A stretch of DNA of 64,000 nt from Squalus acanthias. Its lineage: Eukaryota. The notes below the pieces were generated by a model. That model was not told the DNA's origin. It searched no databases and worked only from the letters and a program-made list of their open reading frames with translations. The stretch covers positions 100,938,001-101,002,000 of the forward strand of contig CM059431.1 in the NCBI GenBank assembly GCA_030390025.1, read 5' to 3'. Shown piece by piece: positions 25,783 through 38,339 of the stretch. The first letter of the stretch is position 1, and the number at the start of each line of letters is the position of its first letter. The position numbers and the translations under genes were made by a program.

Positions 25783-28245
25783 GTCTAGTGAACCTTCATT
25801 GCACTCCCTCTAAGGGGCAAGTATATCCTTCCTTAGGTAAGGAGACCAAAACTGTACACAGTACTAGAGGTGTGGTCTCACCAAGGCCCTATATAATAGC
25901 AGTAAGACGTCTTTACTCTTATACTCCAATCCTTTTGTAATAAAGGCCAACATACCATTTGCTTTCCTAATTGCTTGCTGTACCTGCATGTTAACTTTCT
26001 GTGATTCGTGTACAGGGACACTCAGGTCCCTCTGAACACCAACATTTCCCAATCTCTCACCATTTAAAAAATACTCTGCTTTTCTATTTTTCCTACCAAA
26101 GTGGGTAACTTCACATTTCTCCACATTATATTCCATTTGCCACGTTCTTGCCCACTCACTCAATCTGTCTATATCCCTTTGCAGCCTCTTTGCGTCCTCC
26201 TCACAACTTACTTTCCCACCTAGCTTTGTACCATTAGCAAACTTGGATACATTACACTCGGTCCCCTCATCTAAGTCATTAATATAGATTGTAAATAGCT
26301 GAGGCCCAAGCACTGATCCTTGCGATACCCCACTAGTTGCAGCCTGCCTACCTGAAAATGACCCATTTTCCTACTCTCTGTTTTCTGTCCGTTAACCAAT
26401 CCTCAATCTATATTACCCACAATCCCATGAGCCCTAATTTTGTGTAATAACCTCTTGTGTGGCATCTTATCGAATACTTTTTGAAAATCCAAATACACCA
26501 CATCCACTGGTTCCCCCTTATCTACCCTGCTAGTTACAACCTCAAAAAACTCTAACAGATTTGTCAAACACGATTTCCCTTTCATAAATCCGTGCTGACT
26601 CTGCCCAATCATATTATGATTTTCTAAGTGCCCTGTTACCATGACCCTAATAGTAGATTCTAGCATTTCCCTACTAACTGGTCTATAGTTCCCTGTTTTC
26701 TCTCTCTCCTTTCTTAAATAGCGTGGTTACATTTGCTATCTTCCAATCCCCGGGGACCGTTCTAGAATCTAAGAATTCTGGAAGATCAAAATCAATGCAT
26801 CCACCATCTCTGTAGCCACCTCTTTTAGAATCCTAGGCCATCAGGTCCAGGGGATTTGTTGGCTTTTAGTCCCAGTAATTTCTCCAGTACTATTTCTTTA
26901 CGAATACTAATTTCTTAAAGTTCCTCATTACATTAGACCATTGGTTCCCCACTATTTCTGGAATGTTTTTTGTGTCTTCTTCCATGAAGACAGATACAAT
27001 GTATTTGTTTCATGTCGCTGCCATTTCCTTATTCCCCATTATAATTTCTCCTGTCTCTGCCTGTAAGGGACCCACGTTTACTTTCGCTAATCTCTTCCTT
27101 TTTAAATATCTATAGAAGCTTTTACAATATGTTTTCATGTCTCTTGCTAGTTTACTCTCATATTCTCTTTTCTCTCTCTTTATCAATTTCTTGGTCATCC
27201 TTTGCTGAATTCTAAAATCCTCCCAATCCACAGGCTTACTACTTTTTTGGCAACATTATAAGCCTCTTCCTTTGATCTAATACTATCTTTAACTCCTTAA
27301 GGGAATGTATATTTGTTGCAAATTATGAATTGTTTCTTTAAATGTTTGGCATCGCTTATGTACCGTCATATCTTTTAATATAGTTTCTCAATCTACTTTA
27401 ACCAACTCGCCTCTCATACCTACGTAGTTTGCTTTGTTCGGATTTAAGACCCTAGTTTCGGACTTAACTAAATCACTCTCAAACATAATATACAATTCTA
27501 TCATATTATGATCACTCTTCCCCAGAGGCTCCTTTACTACAAGGTTATTAATTATTAATTAACCTGTCTCATTGCACAATACTAGATGTAAAATAGCCTG
27601 TTGCCGAGTTGGTTCCTCGACATACCGATCTAGAAAACTATCTTGAATGCATTCCATGAACTCGTCCTCCGCACTATTACTACAAATTTGGTCTGCCCAG
27701 TCTATATGAAAATTAAAGACCCCATGATCACTGTATTACCCTTGTTACACGCACCTCTAATTTACTGATTTATACTGTGCCCAACACTACAACTACTGTT
27801 AGGGGGCCTATAAACTACTCCCACCAGTGTGTTCTGCCCTTGTTGTTTCTTAGCTCCACCCAAACTGATTCTACTTCTTGGTTTTCGGAGCTAAGATCCT
27901 TTCTCTCTACTGTCTTTATCCCATCCTTTATCAGGGCTACCCCGCCCTTCCTTTTCCATTTTTCCTATCCCTTCTAAAAGTCAAGTATCCTGGAATATTT
28001 AGTTCCCAACCTTGGTCAACCACATCTCCGTAATGGCTATTAGATCAAACCCATTTATTTCTATCTGTGCTATTAATTCATCTATTTTGTTGCGAATGCT
28101 TAGCGCATTCAGATACAGTGCCTTTAGCTTTTATTTTTTTCTGTTTTTCCCTGATGTCACCTTAGTTACTAATGCCCTATTACCTTTGTCAAGCTCTCTG
28201 TCCCTTCCTGACCCACTGTGCTTATTTTTACCCAAATCACTACTC
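25783..28245 (-). mobile_element. CR1 LINE ORF2 (endonuclease plus RT), degraded, lacking its 3' tail
   Basis: ORFs 25864-26313, 26403-26666 and 27010-27231 closely resemble the CR1 at 14983-17985. Confidence 0.9.
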
Positions 28246-28839
28246 GAGCGGAACTAGCTGAGTTTGAAACATAGAATATACTGCAGAGTAAAATCCTCTC
28301 CACCTTGCTACCCAGTGTCATCATAGGACTGGACAAGGCTTAGTATAGAATATGACTGGGTTGATACCTTTTGATCTTTACGTGACATGCAATGTTTAAC
28401 ACTGATTTAGTACCTTCATGTAACATTATCCAAACGAACAGTCCATGAACTGGGAGTCAAGCAGGTTTCATTATACAGTGTGAGTCTCGGTAATACATCA
28501 CCTGCTGAAGAAACTGCCCAAAATATCAGGAACAAGAGACATTTTTCATTTTCCTTTGCTAAACACGTGCTTTTCTTTCCGACGTGCAATACCTTTTGTC
28601 GCTGTGTAAGTGATACTTTCAATTCTATTTCACACGGGTATTTAGAAAAGGTTCGGGAGTCCTGCTGAAAATGATACCAAAAATGGTGGTATGGGATTTG
28701 AACTGGAAAAGAAAGATTTCAGAATCTAACTTGGCAAGGGTGCAACATTGGCAGATACAAGAGAACTCAGTTGGAAATGTCACTTCAAGAAACAAAGTAT
28801 AGCATATTGTGCTCTTTAACTCTTTGAAGGAAATTCTCA

Positions 28840-29405
28840 TCGATTTTTAAATTCTCATCCGGTTTTCAAACCACTCCACGGCCGCGCCCCTCCCTATCTC
28901 TGTAATCTCCTCCAGCCGCACTACCACCACCCCCCCCCCCCCACCCCCACCACCGAGATATCTGCGCTCCTCCAATTCTGGCCTCTTGAGCATCCCCAAT
29001 TTTAATCGCTCCACCATTGGCGGCCGTGCCTTCAGCTGTCTAGGCCCTAAGCCCCGGAATTCCCTCCCTAAACCTTTCCGCTTCTCTACCAACGTTCCCT
29101 ATAAGGTGTGCTTCTCTGCCGGTCCGACGCAGCCTGGGACCGTCTTTTTCAATTTAAAGTTTTGCGCATGTGTGAAATGGTGAATGATCTGCGCACCCCA
29201 AAAAAATAAGAGGAACATTGCTCTCCACCTCTCTTTCCTCCTTTAAGACACTCCTTAAAACCTACCTCTTTGACCAAGCTTATGGTCACCTGCCCTAATA
29301 CCTCCTTATGTAGCTCGGTGTCAAATTTTGTTTGATAACGCTCCTGTGAAGCGCCTTGTGATGTTTTACTACATTAAAGGCGCTATAAATGCAAGTTGTT
29401 GTTGT
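28840..29405 (+). mobile_element. L2 3' fragment with nested MITE
   Basis: L2 tail sequence interrupted at 29090-29220. Confidence 0.85.
29090..29220. mobile_element. hAT-like MITE (131 bp)
   Basis: Imperfect TIR CAACGTTCCCT / GAGGAACATTG; 8-bp flanks TTCTCTAC / CTCTCCAC, each one change from the L2 target CTCTCTAC. Confidence 0.7.
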
Positions 29406-29777
29406 AATAAAAATATTATATTTCTTACATACATGGGAAAAAGTCAAATTAAACGTGATGAAATTTTCTTGGAATATACCATTCAATGTTTGATGAGACT
29501 ACCCTTTCCTTTACTACAAATTTATTGAGTAAATTTATCCCCTTAAATGTATTTGTCTACCAACATGCTTATGAGTAGCCAAAGCAAACACTTCACTCAC
29601 TGATTACACAGTGTCATGTAAGGTCACCTGAAGGATAGGGTGGATTATATATAGTCTGTGGAATTTGGTGGTCTGAATGGAGTTTTCTTATAATATACAC
29701 ACCAGCCAATCTCCCAATGCACTGCATACAGGGAGCCAATACCAAGTGTAGTTTTTGGAAGTGTAGGGTTTAGAGAA

Positions 29778-30170
29778 AAGAAAGACTTACATTTATATAG
29801 CACCTTTCACGACCACTGGACGTCTCAAAGCGCTTTACAGCTATTGAAGTACTTTTTTTTTGGAGTGCAGTCACTGTTGTAATGTGGGAAACGCGGCAGC
29901 CAATTTGCGCACAGCAAGCTCCCACAAACAGCAATGTGGTAATCTGTTTTTGTTATGTTGATTGAGGAATAAATTTTGGCCCAGGACACCGGGGATAACT
30001 CCCCTGCTCTTCTTCGAAATAGTGGCCGTGGGATCTTTTACATCCACCTGAGAGAGCAGACAGGGCCTCGGTTTAACGTCTCATCCGAAAGACGGCACCT
30101 CCAACAGTGCAGCGCTCCCTCAGCACTGCACTGGAGCGTCAGCCTAGATTTATGTGCTCAAGTCCCTGAG
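29778..30170 (-). mobile_element. Deu-SINE
   Basis: Homology to other copies. Confidence 0.85.
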
Positions 30171-30749
30171 GGGCTAACTGGAAGAAAGAGGGAGGAGGAG
30201 GAGACGCTATTTTGTACCGGGAGTTGCAATAGCTCAAGCCTGATTTCTGCAGCAGCAGGTAAGTTAAAATCGGGCTAAAGACATTGTTGTCACATTTAAA
30301 TCTTGCTATTTTTAGCTCTACTTCTTCTGCTTAACTCTGACTGGCTCAAATTTATTTATAAACGTATAATAAACAATATATAAATGTGTCCAAACTTCTA
30401 GCAGTTGATTGGTCAATAACAAATTGTTTCTCACCTCAATCAAATTCCTTCCAACTAACCGATCAATTCATTCCACCTCCTGCAAATATCTTCTAGCTAA
30501 CTGGTGACAGGCAAATTTATTCATTGAGGTTCACTCATATTATTGGATGAGCAAAAAACTCATCAAACAAACCAATGAAAAATTGCACCAAAATTCCAAC
30601 TCCTTTTGTCCGCCATTTTTCTCTCAGTAATCAGGAGTTGTAACATCTAAAATAAAGATTTAAAACAAATGGATCTAAAAGTATAATTTCACATAACGAC
30701 TTATCCCTTAAATAGTTTTTTCTTAATACCTTCATTAACGTTTTTACTT

Positions 30750-31296
30750 CACTTGTTAGGCCCAGGCTGGAGTATAGCGTCCAATTCTGTGCACTTCAGG
30801 AAGGATGTCAAGACCTTGGAGAGGGTGCAAAGAAGATTTACCAGAATGGTGCCAGGCTCGAGGAACTTCAGTTACGCGGAGAGACTGGAGAAGCTGGGGT
30901 TGTTCTCCTTAGAGCAGAGAAGGTTAAGGTGAGATTTAATAGAAGTGTTCAAAATCATAAAGAGTTTTGATAGAGTAAATAAGGAGAAACTGTTTCCACT
31001 GGCAAGAGGGTCGGTAACCAGAGACACAGATTTAAGGTAATTGGCAGAAGAACCAGAGGGGAGATGAGGAGAATTTTTAGTTGTTGTGATCTGGAATGCA
31101 CTGACTGAAAGGGCGGTGGAAGCAGATTCAATGGTAACTTTCAAAAGGGAATTGGATAAATACTTCAAGGAGTAAAATTTGCAGGGCTATGGGGAAAGAG
31201 TAGGGGAGTGGGACTAATTGGAGAGCTCTTTCAAAGAGCAGGCACAGGCATGATGGGCCAAATGGCCTCTTTCTGTGCTGTATCTTTTATGATTCT
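30750..31296 (+). mobile_element. CR1 3' fragment
   Basis: CR1 C-terminal region; ends TGTGCTGTATCTTTTATGATTCT. Confidence 0.85.
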
Positions 31297-31569
31297 GAGG
31301 CTTCATCCAGTCACAAAAACTTGGGCTTAAAGTTGATATAGGTGTCCCACAGATATCATTAAGTTAGCTTTAGGGAGGTGACACAGTCTGAGCATGTGAG
31401 GTGCTCGCAATTTCCCACCACGCATTATTAGGACTTTCTCACTGCAACTGAAACGCTGTTTATCTTGTGAGAGAATCTCTGACTTTCTTTTTCAAATGAT
31501 TCCAAAAGACACTGGAGAAAAAAATGTAATTAGTGGAAAGCCCCCTGTCTCTTCATTATGAGTTCACAT

Positions 31570-32770
31570 AAAAGACTTGCATTTATATAGCGCCTTTCAC
31601 TACCTCAGGACGTCCAAAGCGCTTTACAGCGAATGAAGTACTGTTGCAATGTAGGAAATGCGGCAGCCAATTTGCGCAATGTGACAGCAATGTGATAATG
31701 ACCAGATAATGGCCCAAAAATTCGGCCATTCTCGGGTGAGTACACAGTCCGTACTCAACCGTATTCATTCCCGAAGTGCCGGTTTCCTGCATGCACTGCG
31801 CATGCGCGGGAAACCGGAACTTCCGGTATGGTGAAGGGGCGGTTCCTAGGTGAACCGCGTGCGCGGTAGAGGCTGCGCGCACGCAGCACACTTAGATTTT
31901 TTTTCAGGTTTCAACGCGAGGGTAAGTATTGAAGATTCTACGCTAATAAAAAGGAGGCGTAAGACCCCTTTTGAACAAGGTAAGTAGTTAATTAAGTATA
32001 ATTTTAAATTTTTTTCAACAGGTTTATCTTTTTTAGATACTTTAAAGAAAGGTAAGTTTATTTTTATAACTTTTAAAAAGTATTTTAATTTTTTCAAAAA
32101 TTAAAATTTTTGTTTAAAGTGGTTAATTTATTTAACTATAGTTATTTTATAAATGTGATGGTTTTTTAAAAATTTATTTGAAGTTTAGCTGTTCTTTTGG
32201 GGCCGATTTCAATTCACAGATTTGACAGGTCTCCTGTCAAATCTATGAATGAAAGATGGTCTGCTGCCATTGGCTCTCCATGGCCCACGTGATCCCAGGG
32301 GTCGCATCGCACTAACTGCGCCCCTGGAACACGCAAGCACTGCGCGCCGGCACTTGGGAGAGGCCCGGGACCCGAAGTTCCTGTGGGCCCAAAACACAAC
32401 GGCAGGCGCGGTGGGTAAGAGCGCGCGCGATCCTTACCCCCGCGGCAAGCCGGCCACGCGAATTTCTAGGCCAATATGTTCGAGTGAAGTTGCTTGAGGG
32501 ATAAATATTGGCCAGAACACCAGGGATAACTCCCCAGCTCTTCTTCGAAATAGTGCCATGGGATCTTTTACATCCACCTTAGAGGGCAGACGGTGCCTCG
32601 ATTTGATGTCTCATCCGAAAGGCGGTACCTCCCACAGTGCAGCACTCCCTCATAAGTACTGCACTGGGAGTGTCAGCCTAGATTTTGTGCTCAAGTCTCT
32701 GGAGTGGGGCTTGAACCCACGACCTTCTGACACTGAGGCAAGGGTGCTACCAGCTGAGCCACGGCTAACA
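31570..32770 (-). mobile_element. Deu-SINE split by a MITE
   Basis: The SINE breaks at ACCAGATAAT and resumes after 32472. Confidence 0.85.
31711..32472. mobile_element. Non-autonomous DNA transposon, same family as 15616-16358
   Basis: Ends GGCCCAAAAATTCG / CGAATTTCTAGGCC, AAT direct repeat on both sides; AT-rich core is the reverse complement of ~15880-16100. Confidence 0.85.
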
Positions 32771-32919
32771 CTTAACATGTGACACATATAGGAAATATTT
32801 TTTTCTTTTTCAGTCAAATAACTCACAGTTTCAGCAGTGTTGGAATTGACTAAGGATGGAGGGATGAATGTTTTGAAGGTGGAGGTAGGGAATCCTGCTG
32901 ATGTACCAGATGGTTTGGG

Positions 32920-33365
32920 TGGCCTTCCATCCTCCACCCTCTATAAACCAGCTCCAAAACCCTACCCTGCAACGTCCCGTTCACACATCACCCCCTGTGC
33001 TCGCTGACCTACATTGGCTCCCAGTCCCTCAATGCCTCCAATCCCTTCATGGCCTTGCCCCTCCCTATCTCTGTAACCTCCTCCAGCCTGACAACCTGTA
33101 TTCCTCCAACTCTGGCCCCTGTACTTCCCCATCCTCTTTCGCCCCTCCATTGGTGGCTGTGCCTTCAGCTGCCGAGGCCCTAAGCTCTGGAATTCCCTCC
33201 CTAAACCTCTCCGCCTCTCTAACTCTCTCTTCTCCTTTAAGATGCTCCTTAAAACCCACCTCTTTGACCAAGCTTTTAGTCACCCCTCCTAATATCTCCT
33301 TCTTTGGCTTAGTGTTGATTTCTGTCTGATTGAACTTCTGTGAAGCACTTTGGAACGTTGTTCCA
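32920..33365 (+). mobile_element. L2 3' fragment (older)
   Basis: PVLADLHWLPV...HGLAPPYL. Confidence 0.8.
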
Positions 33366-34877
33366 ACAACAACTTACATTAAAACGTCCCACAGTAAAAA
33401 TAACTATAGTAGAATAAATTGCAATTCAAATAATTACTTCTGGCTGATATATATTCCTCTTTTCTATAAATGGTTGTAACGTTACTGATGATCACTGATG
33501 CCATTTACTCACTCACTAATCACTCTTTTTTTCCAGTCCAGAGGAAGGAAGACATAAAACAAATTTCCAAAGAAGGAAAAAAAAAAGAATGGACTGATGT
33601 ATGTATTTCAATGCGAACAGTAAAAGAAAAACACATTGGTCAAAGAAAAGGTAGGAAGTAGCTGTTTGAGATTTGCCAGACTAGATTTAGTTACTTGGCT
33701 TTTGGACTGTGGGAATGAAGGGAATACAACACCCCAGAGACCTGTCAACAAGTGGCTAGGTGGCAGTCTGATGCCTCCCCTCCCCTCCAGCCAGGAAAAA
33801 ACCGGCGAGCCCCTCCTGCAGGATATGTCAAACAGGAAGGAAGAAGAAGGCAGAGACCGAACACTGTTTCATAAGCCCAGGCTGTTACTGATGAACGTCA
33901 AACTGTCAATTCAGCGCATACCAACAACATGTCGTTAAAGTTTTTTTCTGTTCTCTCTCTTTCTCTTGGGGGGCGGGGGGGGGGGGGGGGGAGAGAAGTT
34001 ACAGCTGTTTATTTTATTATTGAAGTAAAAAACAAATATACCTTTATTCTTTTTCTATATAGATGCAAGTCTTTTCTTTCTAATTTTCAACGGCCCCATT
34101 TCAAAAATACTTAAACGGTCATTTCAAGAGATCAAATGTCTGTAACAAGTAGGCTCCTTCTAGCTGTATAAGATGTACTGTATTTTCTAATTATCACCTT
34201 TTAAGGGTCCAGCTGGGCTCCATTGTTCACCAACAGGGGGCAATTCCATTTGCATTGCTCCTAGACTTAGTCATGATCAAGCAGTCTGGTGGTGAAGTTC
34301 ATTAGACATAAGGGCCACACTATTACAGCTAACAACAATACTAATACAATATACACTGTATCTGCTACCCAGCTGCTAGCAGCGGAGCGGATAGGCAGGA
34401 TATGTTCTCCTTCTCGCAGTCTTAAGCGACTTCAATTCCTACTTTATCCGAGTCCCCACCCCCCAAAAAAAAATTAACTGATAAGAGTAAAAGAAAACCC
34501 ACAATAAGGATTTGTGTCAACTGGGATCATTTGATTAGAAAGAGGCATTACAAAGTGTTAAAATCATTTGTTGCCCCTCATCTCAGGAAAGTCAAATCAA
34601 TGCATAATGAGTTGTTTACTGGAGCAAATTCGTCCACAACATCTAATAGGTGTTAATTACATTAGAAGTAAAATTCTTTCATCCTGGCCGTTTGATCTGA
34701 TGTCATTTTCCCATGAGAACCCTACAGCTTCCTGTATTCATTAGAATTTGGCATTTGCAGGTCCAAATGCTTAAAGCAAGATGAAAATATTTATTACAGT
34801 CGAGTTTTCAATAAAATGGAAGCATCTAAAGGTCCGTTGGCTCTGAGAGTTCATTCCGGTGACAACAATGCAATAGA

Positions 34878-36115
34878 AACAACAGCAACTTGCATTTACA
34901 CAGCGCCTTTAACGTAGTAAAATGCCCCATGGCGCTTCACAGGTGCGATTATCAAACAAAACTTGACACACATAAGGAGGTATTAGGACAGATGACCAAA
35001 AGCTTGGTCAAAGAGGTAGGTTTTAAGGAGCGTCTTAAAGGAGGAGAGAGAGGCGGAGAGGTTTAGGTAGGGAATTCCAGAGCTTAGGGCCCAGGCAGCT
35101 GAAGGTACGGCCACCAATGGTGGAGCGAAGAAAATCGGGGATGCGCAAGAGGCCAGAATTGGAGGAGCGCAGAGATCTCGGAGGGTTGTAGGACTGGAGG
35201 AGGTTACAGAGATAGGGAGGGGCAAGGCCATGGAGGGATTTGAAATCAAGGATTGAGAATTTTAAAATCGAGGCGTTGCTGGACCGGGAGCCAATGTAAT
35301 CTGACAGCACAGAGGCAGTCGAGGTATTGCAAGAGGTGGTGGAAAGGGAGATCTCAGTGTCGCTAGCACGTGTGGAAACTGACCTCATTATCTGGGGATG
35401 TTGTCACCAAGGGGCAGCGTACAGATGAAGAAAAGGAGTGGGCCAAGCATGGATCCTTGGGGCGGGGGTTTGGGGACATCCAAGGTGACGGTGCAAGGGG
35501 GGGGGAAAGAAGGTGCTACTAATGTCCCCCTCCCAGTAAGGAATCCACCTCAGGATTGAAAGCACTACGGATGGTAAACATGGCAACCGTTCTGTTTTGG
35601 CTGCCAGGTGCTGATCTGCGTGGATAATCACCTGACATGCAGAGGAGATTTACCAGAATGGTTCCTGCGATGAGGGATTTGAGTTATGTGGAGAGACTGG
35701 AGAAGCTGGGGTTGTTCTCCTTCGAGCAGAGAAGGTTACGGGGAGATTTAATGGAGGTGTCCAAAATTATGAAGGGTTTCGATAGAGTAAATAAGGAGAA
35801 ACTGTTTCCACTGGCAGGAGGTTCAGTCACCAGAGGACACTGATTTAAGGTTATTGGCAAAAGAACCAGAGCAGAGATGAGGAGAATTTTTTTAATCAAT
35901 GAGTTACTATGATCTGAAATGCACTGCCTGAAAGGGCGGTGGAAGCAGATTGAATAGTAGCTTTCAAAAGGGAATTGGATAAATACTTGAAAAGGAGAAA
36001 TTTGCAGGGCTCTGGGGAAAGAGCAGGGGGAGTGGGACTAATTGGAGAGCTCTTGCAAAGAGCAGGCACAGGCACGATGGGCCGAATGGCCTCCTTCTGT
36101 GCTGTGAAATTCAAT
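34878..36115. mobile_element. L2 3' fragment (-, 34878-35300) and CR1 3' fragment (+, 35637-36115)
   Basis: Homology to other copies. Confidence 0.8.
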
Positions 36116-36729
36116 GACATCAGGAAAAGTCTGTGCCAAAAACAAAACAATTAGTTTTGATTCTGCTTAACATGGTTGGCCAGAATAATTCAATTACCAC
36201 ACACAAAAAGCCTCTTCGGCCCCAAACAGTCTGTGTTAGTGTTTATCCTCTACCTCAGCTGCAGTTCTACTCATGTGTGCCCAGTCAGATCCCTTCAACT
36301 ATAGAATCATACAGCAGAGAAGGAGCCCATTGTGCCTGTGCCGGCCCCTCCCTAACTCTTCCAGCCCTACAACCCTCCGAGTTCTCTGCGCTCCTCCAAT
36401 TCTGGCCTCTAGTGCATTCCTGATTTTCATCGCTCCACCATTGGTGGCCGTGAGCTGTCTGGACCCTAAGCTCTCTACCTCTCTCTCCTGCTTTAAGACG
36501 CTCCATAAAACCTCTTGGACCAATACTTTGGTCACCTGTCCTAATCATACAATTACAGAATCATAGAATAGCACAGCACAGAAGGAGGCCATTCGTCCCA
36601 TCAAGTCAATGCTGGCTCTTTTGAAGTCCTACTCCGCCGCTCTTTTCCCATAATGTACTGGGATTCAGCTAGCTTCTCTGGTCAGGACTCCCCCTTGTTG
36701 ACATTCCCAAATACTGCTCCTTGACCACA

Positions 36730-38280
36730 ACAGTCAGTGGCTCACAGCACTCTTGCCTCAGAGTCGGAAGGTTGTGGGCTCAAGTCCCACTCCAGAGACT
36801 TGAGCACATTATCTAGGCTGACACTCCAGTGCAGTACTGAGGGAGCGCTGCACTGTTGGAGGGGCCGTTTTTCAGATGAGACGTTAAACCGAGGCCCCGT
36901 CTGCTCTCTCAAGTGGATGTAAAAGATCCCGCGGCACTATTTCGAAGAGCAGCAGGGGAGTTAGCCCCGGTGTCCTGGGCCAATATTTATCCCTCAATCA
37001 ACATAACAAAAACAGATTATCTGGTCATTATCACATTGCTGTTTGTGGGAGCTTGCTGTGCGCAAATTGGCTGCCGTGTTTCTTACATTACAACAGTGAC
37101 TACACTTCAGAAAGTACTTCATTGGCTGTAAAGCGCTTTGGGCTGTCTGGTGGTCGTGAAAGGCACTATATAAATGCAAGTCTTTCTTTCAACAACAAAA
37201 ACTTGCATTTATAAATATTGTGTTTAACGTAATAAAACGTCCCAAGGCGCTTCACAGGAGAGTTATCAAACAAAAATTTAACACCGAGCTACATAAGGAG
37301 ATGGCAAAAGAACCAGAGGCGACATGAGGAAAAACAAGGAGCAGCATTTGGGAATGTCAGCAAGGGAGAGTCCTGACCAGAGAAGCTCGATGAATCCCAG
37401 CACATTACATATGTGTCATATACAGGCAGCCGCGAAAAAATAATTGAGCATGCTCAGATTTTATTCCCGGGTTTTTTGCCATGCATAAAAATGGCATATT
37501 CCCAATATTCACAGGCTATCAACAAAGGCCACACATTAAAGAAAGACTTGCATTTAACAGCGTCATTTACGACCTCAGGACGTCCCAAAGCACTTTACAG
37601 CCAATGAAGTGCTTTTGAAATGACCAGATAATCTGTTTTTATTGATGGTGGTTGAGGGATAAATATTGGCTAGGACACCAGGGAGAACTCCCCTGCTCTT
37701 CCTCGATATAGTGCCATGGGATCTCTTACCTCCACTCTACAGGGCAGACGTTGGTTTAACTTCTCATCCGAAAGACGGCATCTCTGACAGTGCGGCGCTC
37801 CCTCAGCACTGCACTGGAGTGTCTGGAATGGGACTTGAACCCACAACCTTCTGACTCAGAGGCGAGAGTGCTACCCACTAAGCCATGGATAGCACCATTA
37901 TTATGTGATAAATTTGATTTTATGGATATAAATTGGGCATGTGAAGAATTGTCACAGCAGCTCAAAAGAGATTTAACTTTTTATTGATGGAGCTGACCGC
38001 TTGTTTTTGCGGTAGCACTCTCGCCTTTGAGTCAGAAGGTCGTGGGTTCAAGCCCCACTCCAGAGATTTGACCGCATAATCTAGGCAATCGACATACTAA
38101 AACAGATTATCTGCTCATTTATCTCATTGCTGATTGTGGGAACTTGCTGTGCGAAAATTAGCTGCTGCGTTTCCTACATTACAACAGTAACTACGCTTCG
38201 AAAGTACTTCATTGGCGGTAAAGCGCTTTGGGATGTCCTGAGGTCGTGAAAGGCGCTGTAGAAATGAAAGCTCTTTATTT
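36730..38280. mobile_element. Cluster of three Deu-SINEs (+36730-37190, -37540-37890, +38005-38280) and an L2 tail
   Basis: Homology to other copies. Confidence 0.85.
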
Positions 38281-38339
38281 TTATATAATCAGAATAAGTT
38301 GAGCAATTGCAATATTTAAATGAATGCCAGCTGAGACAG

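Noticed and set aside
28414..28840. Possible host exons (minus-strand donor near 28413; plus-strand KRFGSPAEND... frame)
   Set aside because: Stops in all frames or no recognisable homology, and no partner exons
30170..30640. Donor-like CAG|GTAAGT with CCAAT and YY1-like motifs as a first exon or promoter
   Set aside because: No linked exon or CpG island, and these short motifs are common
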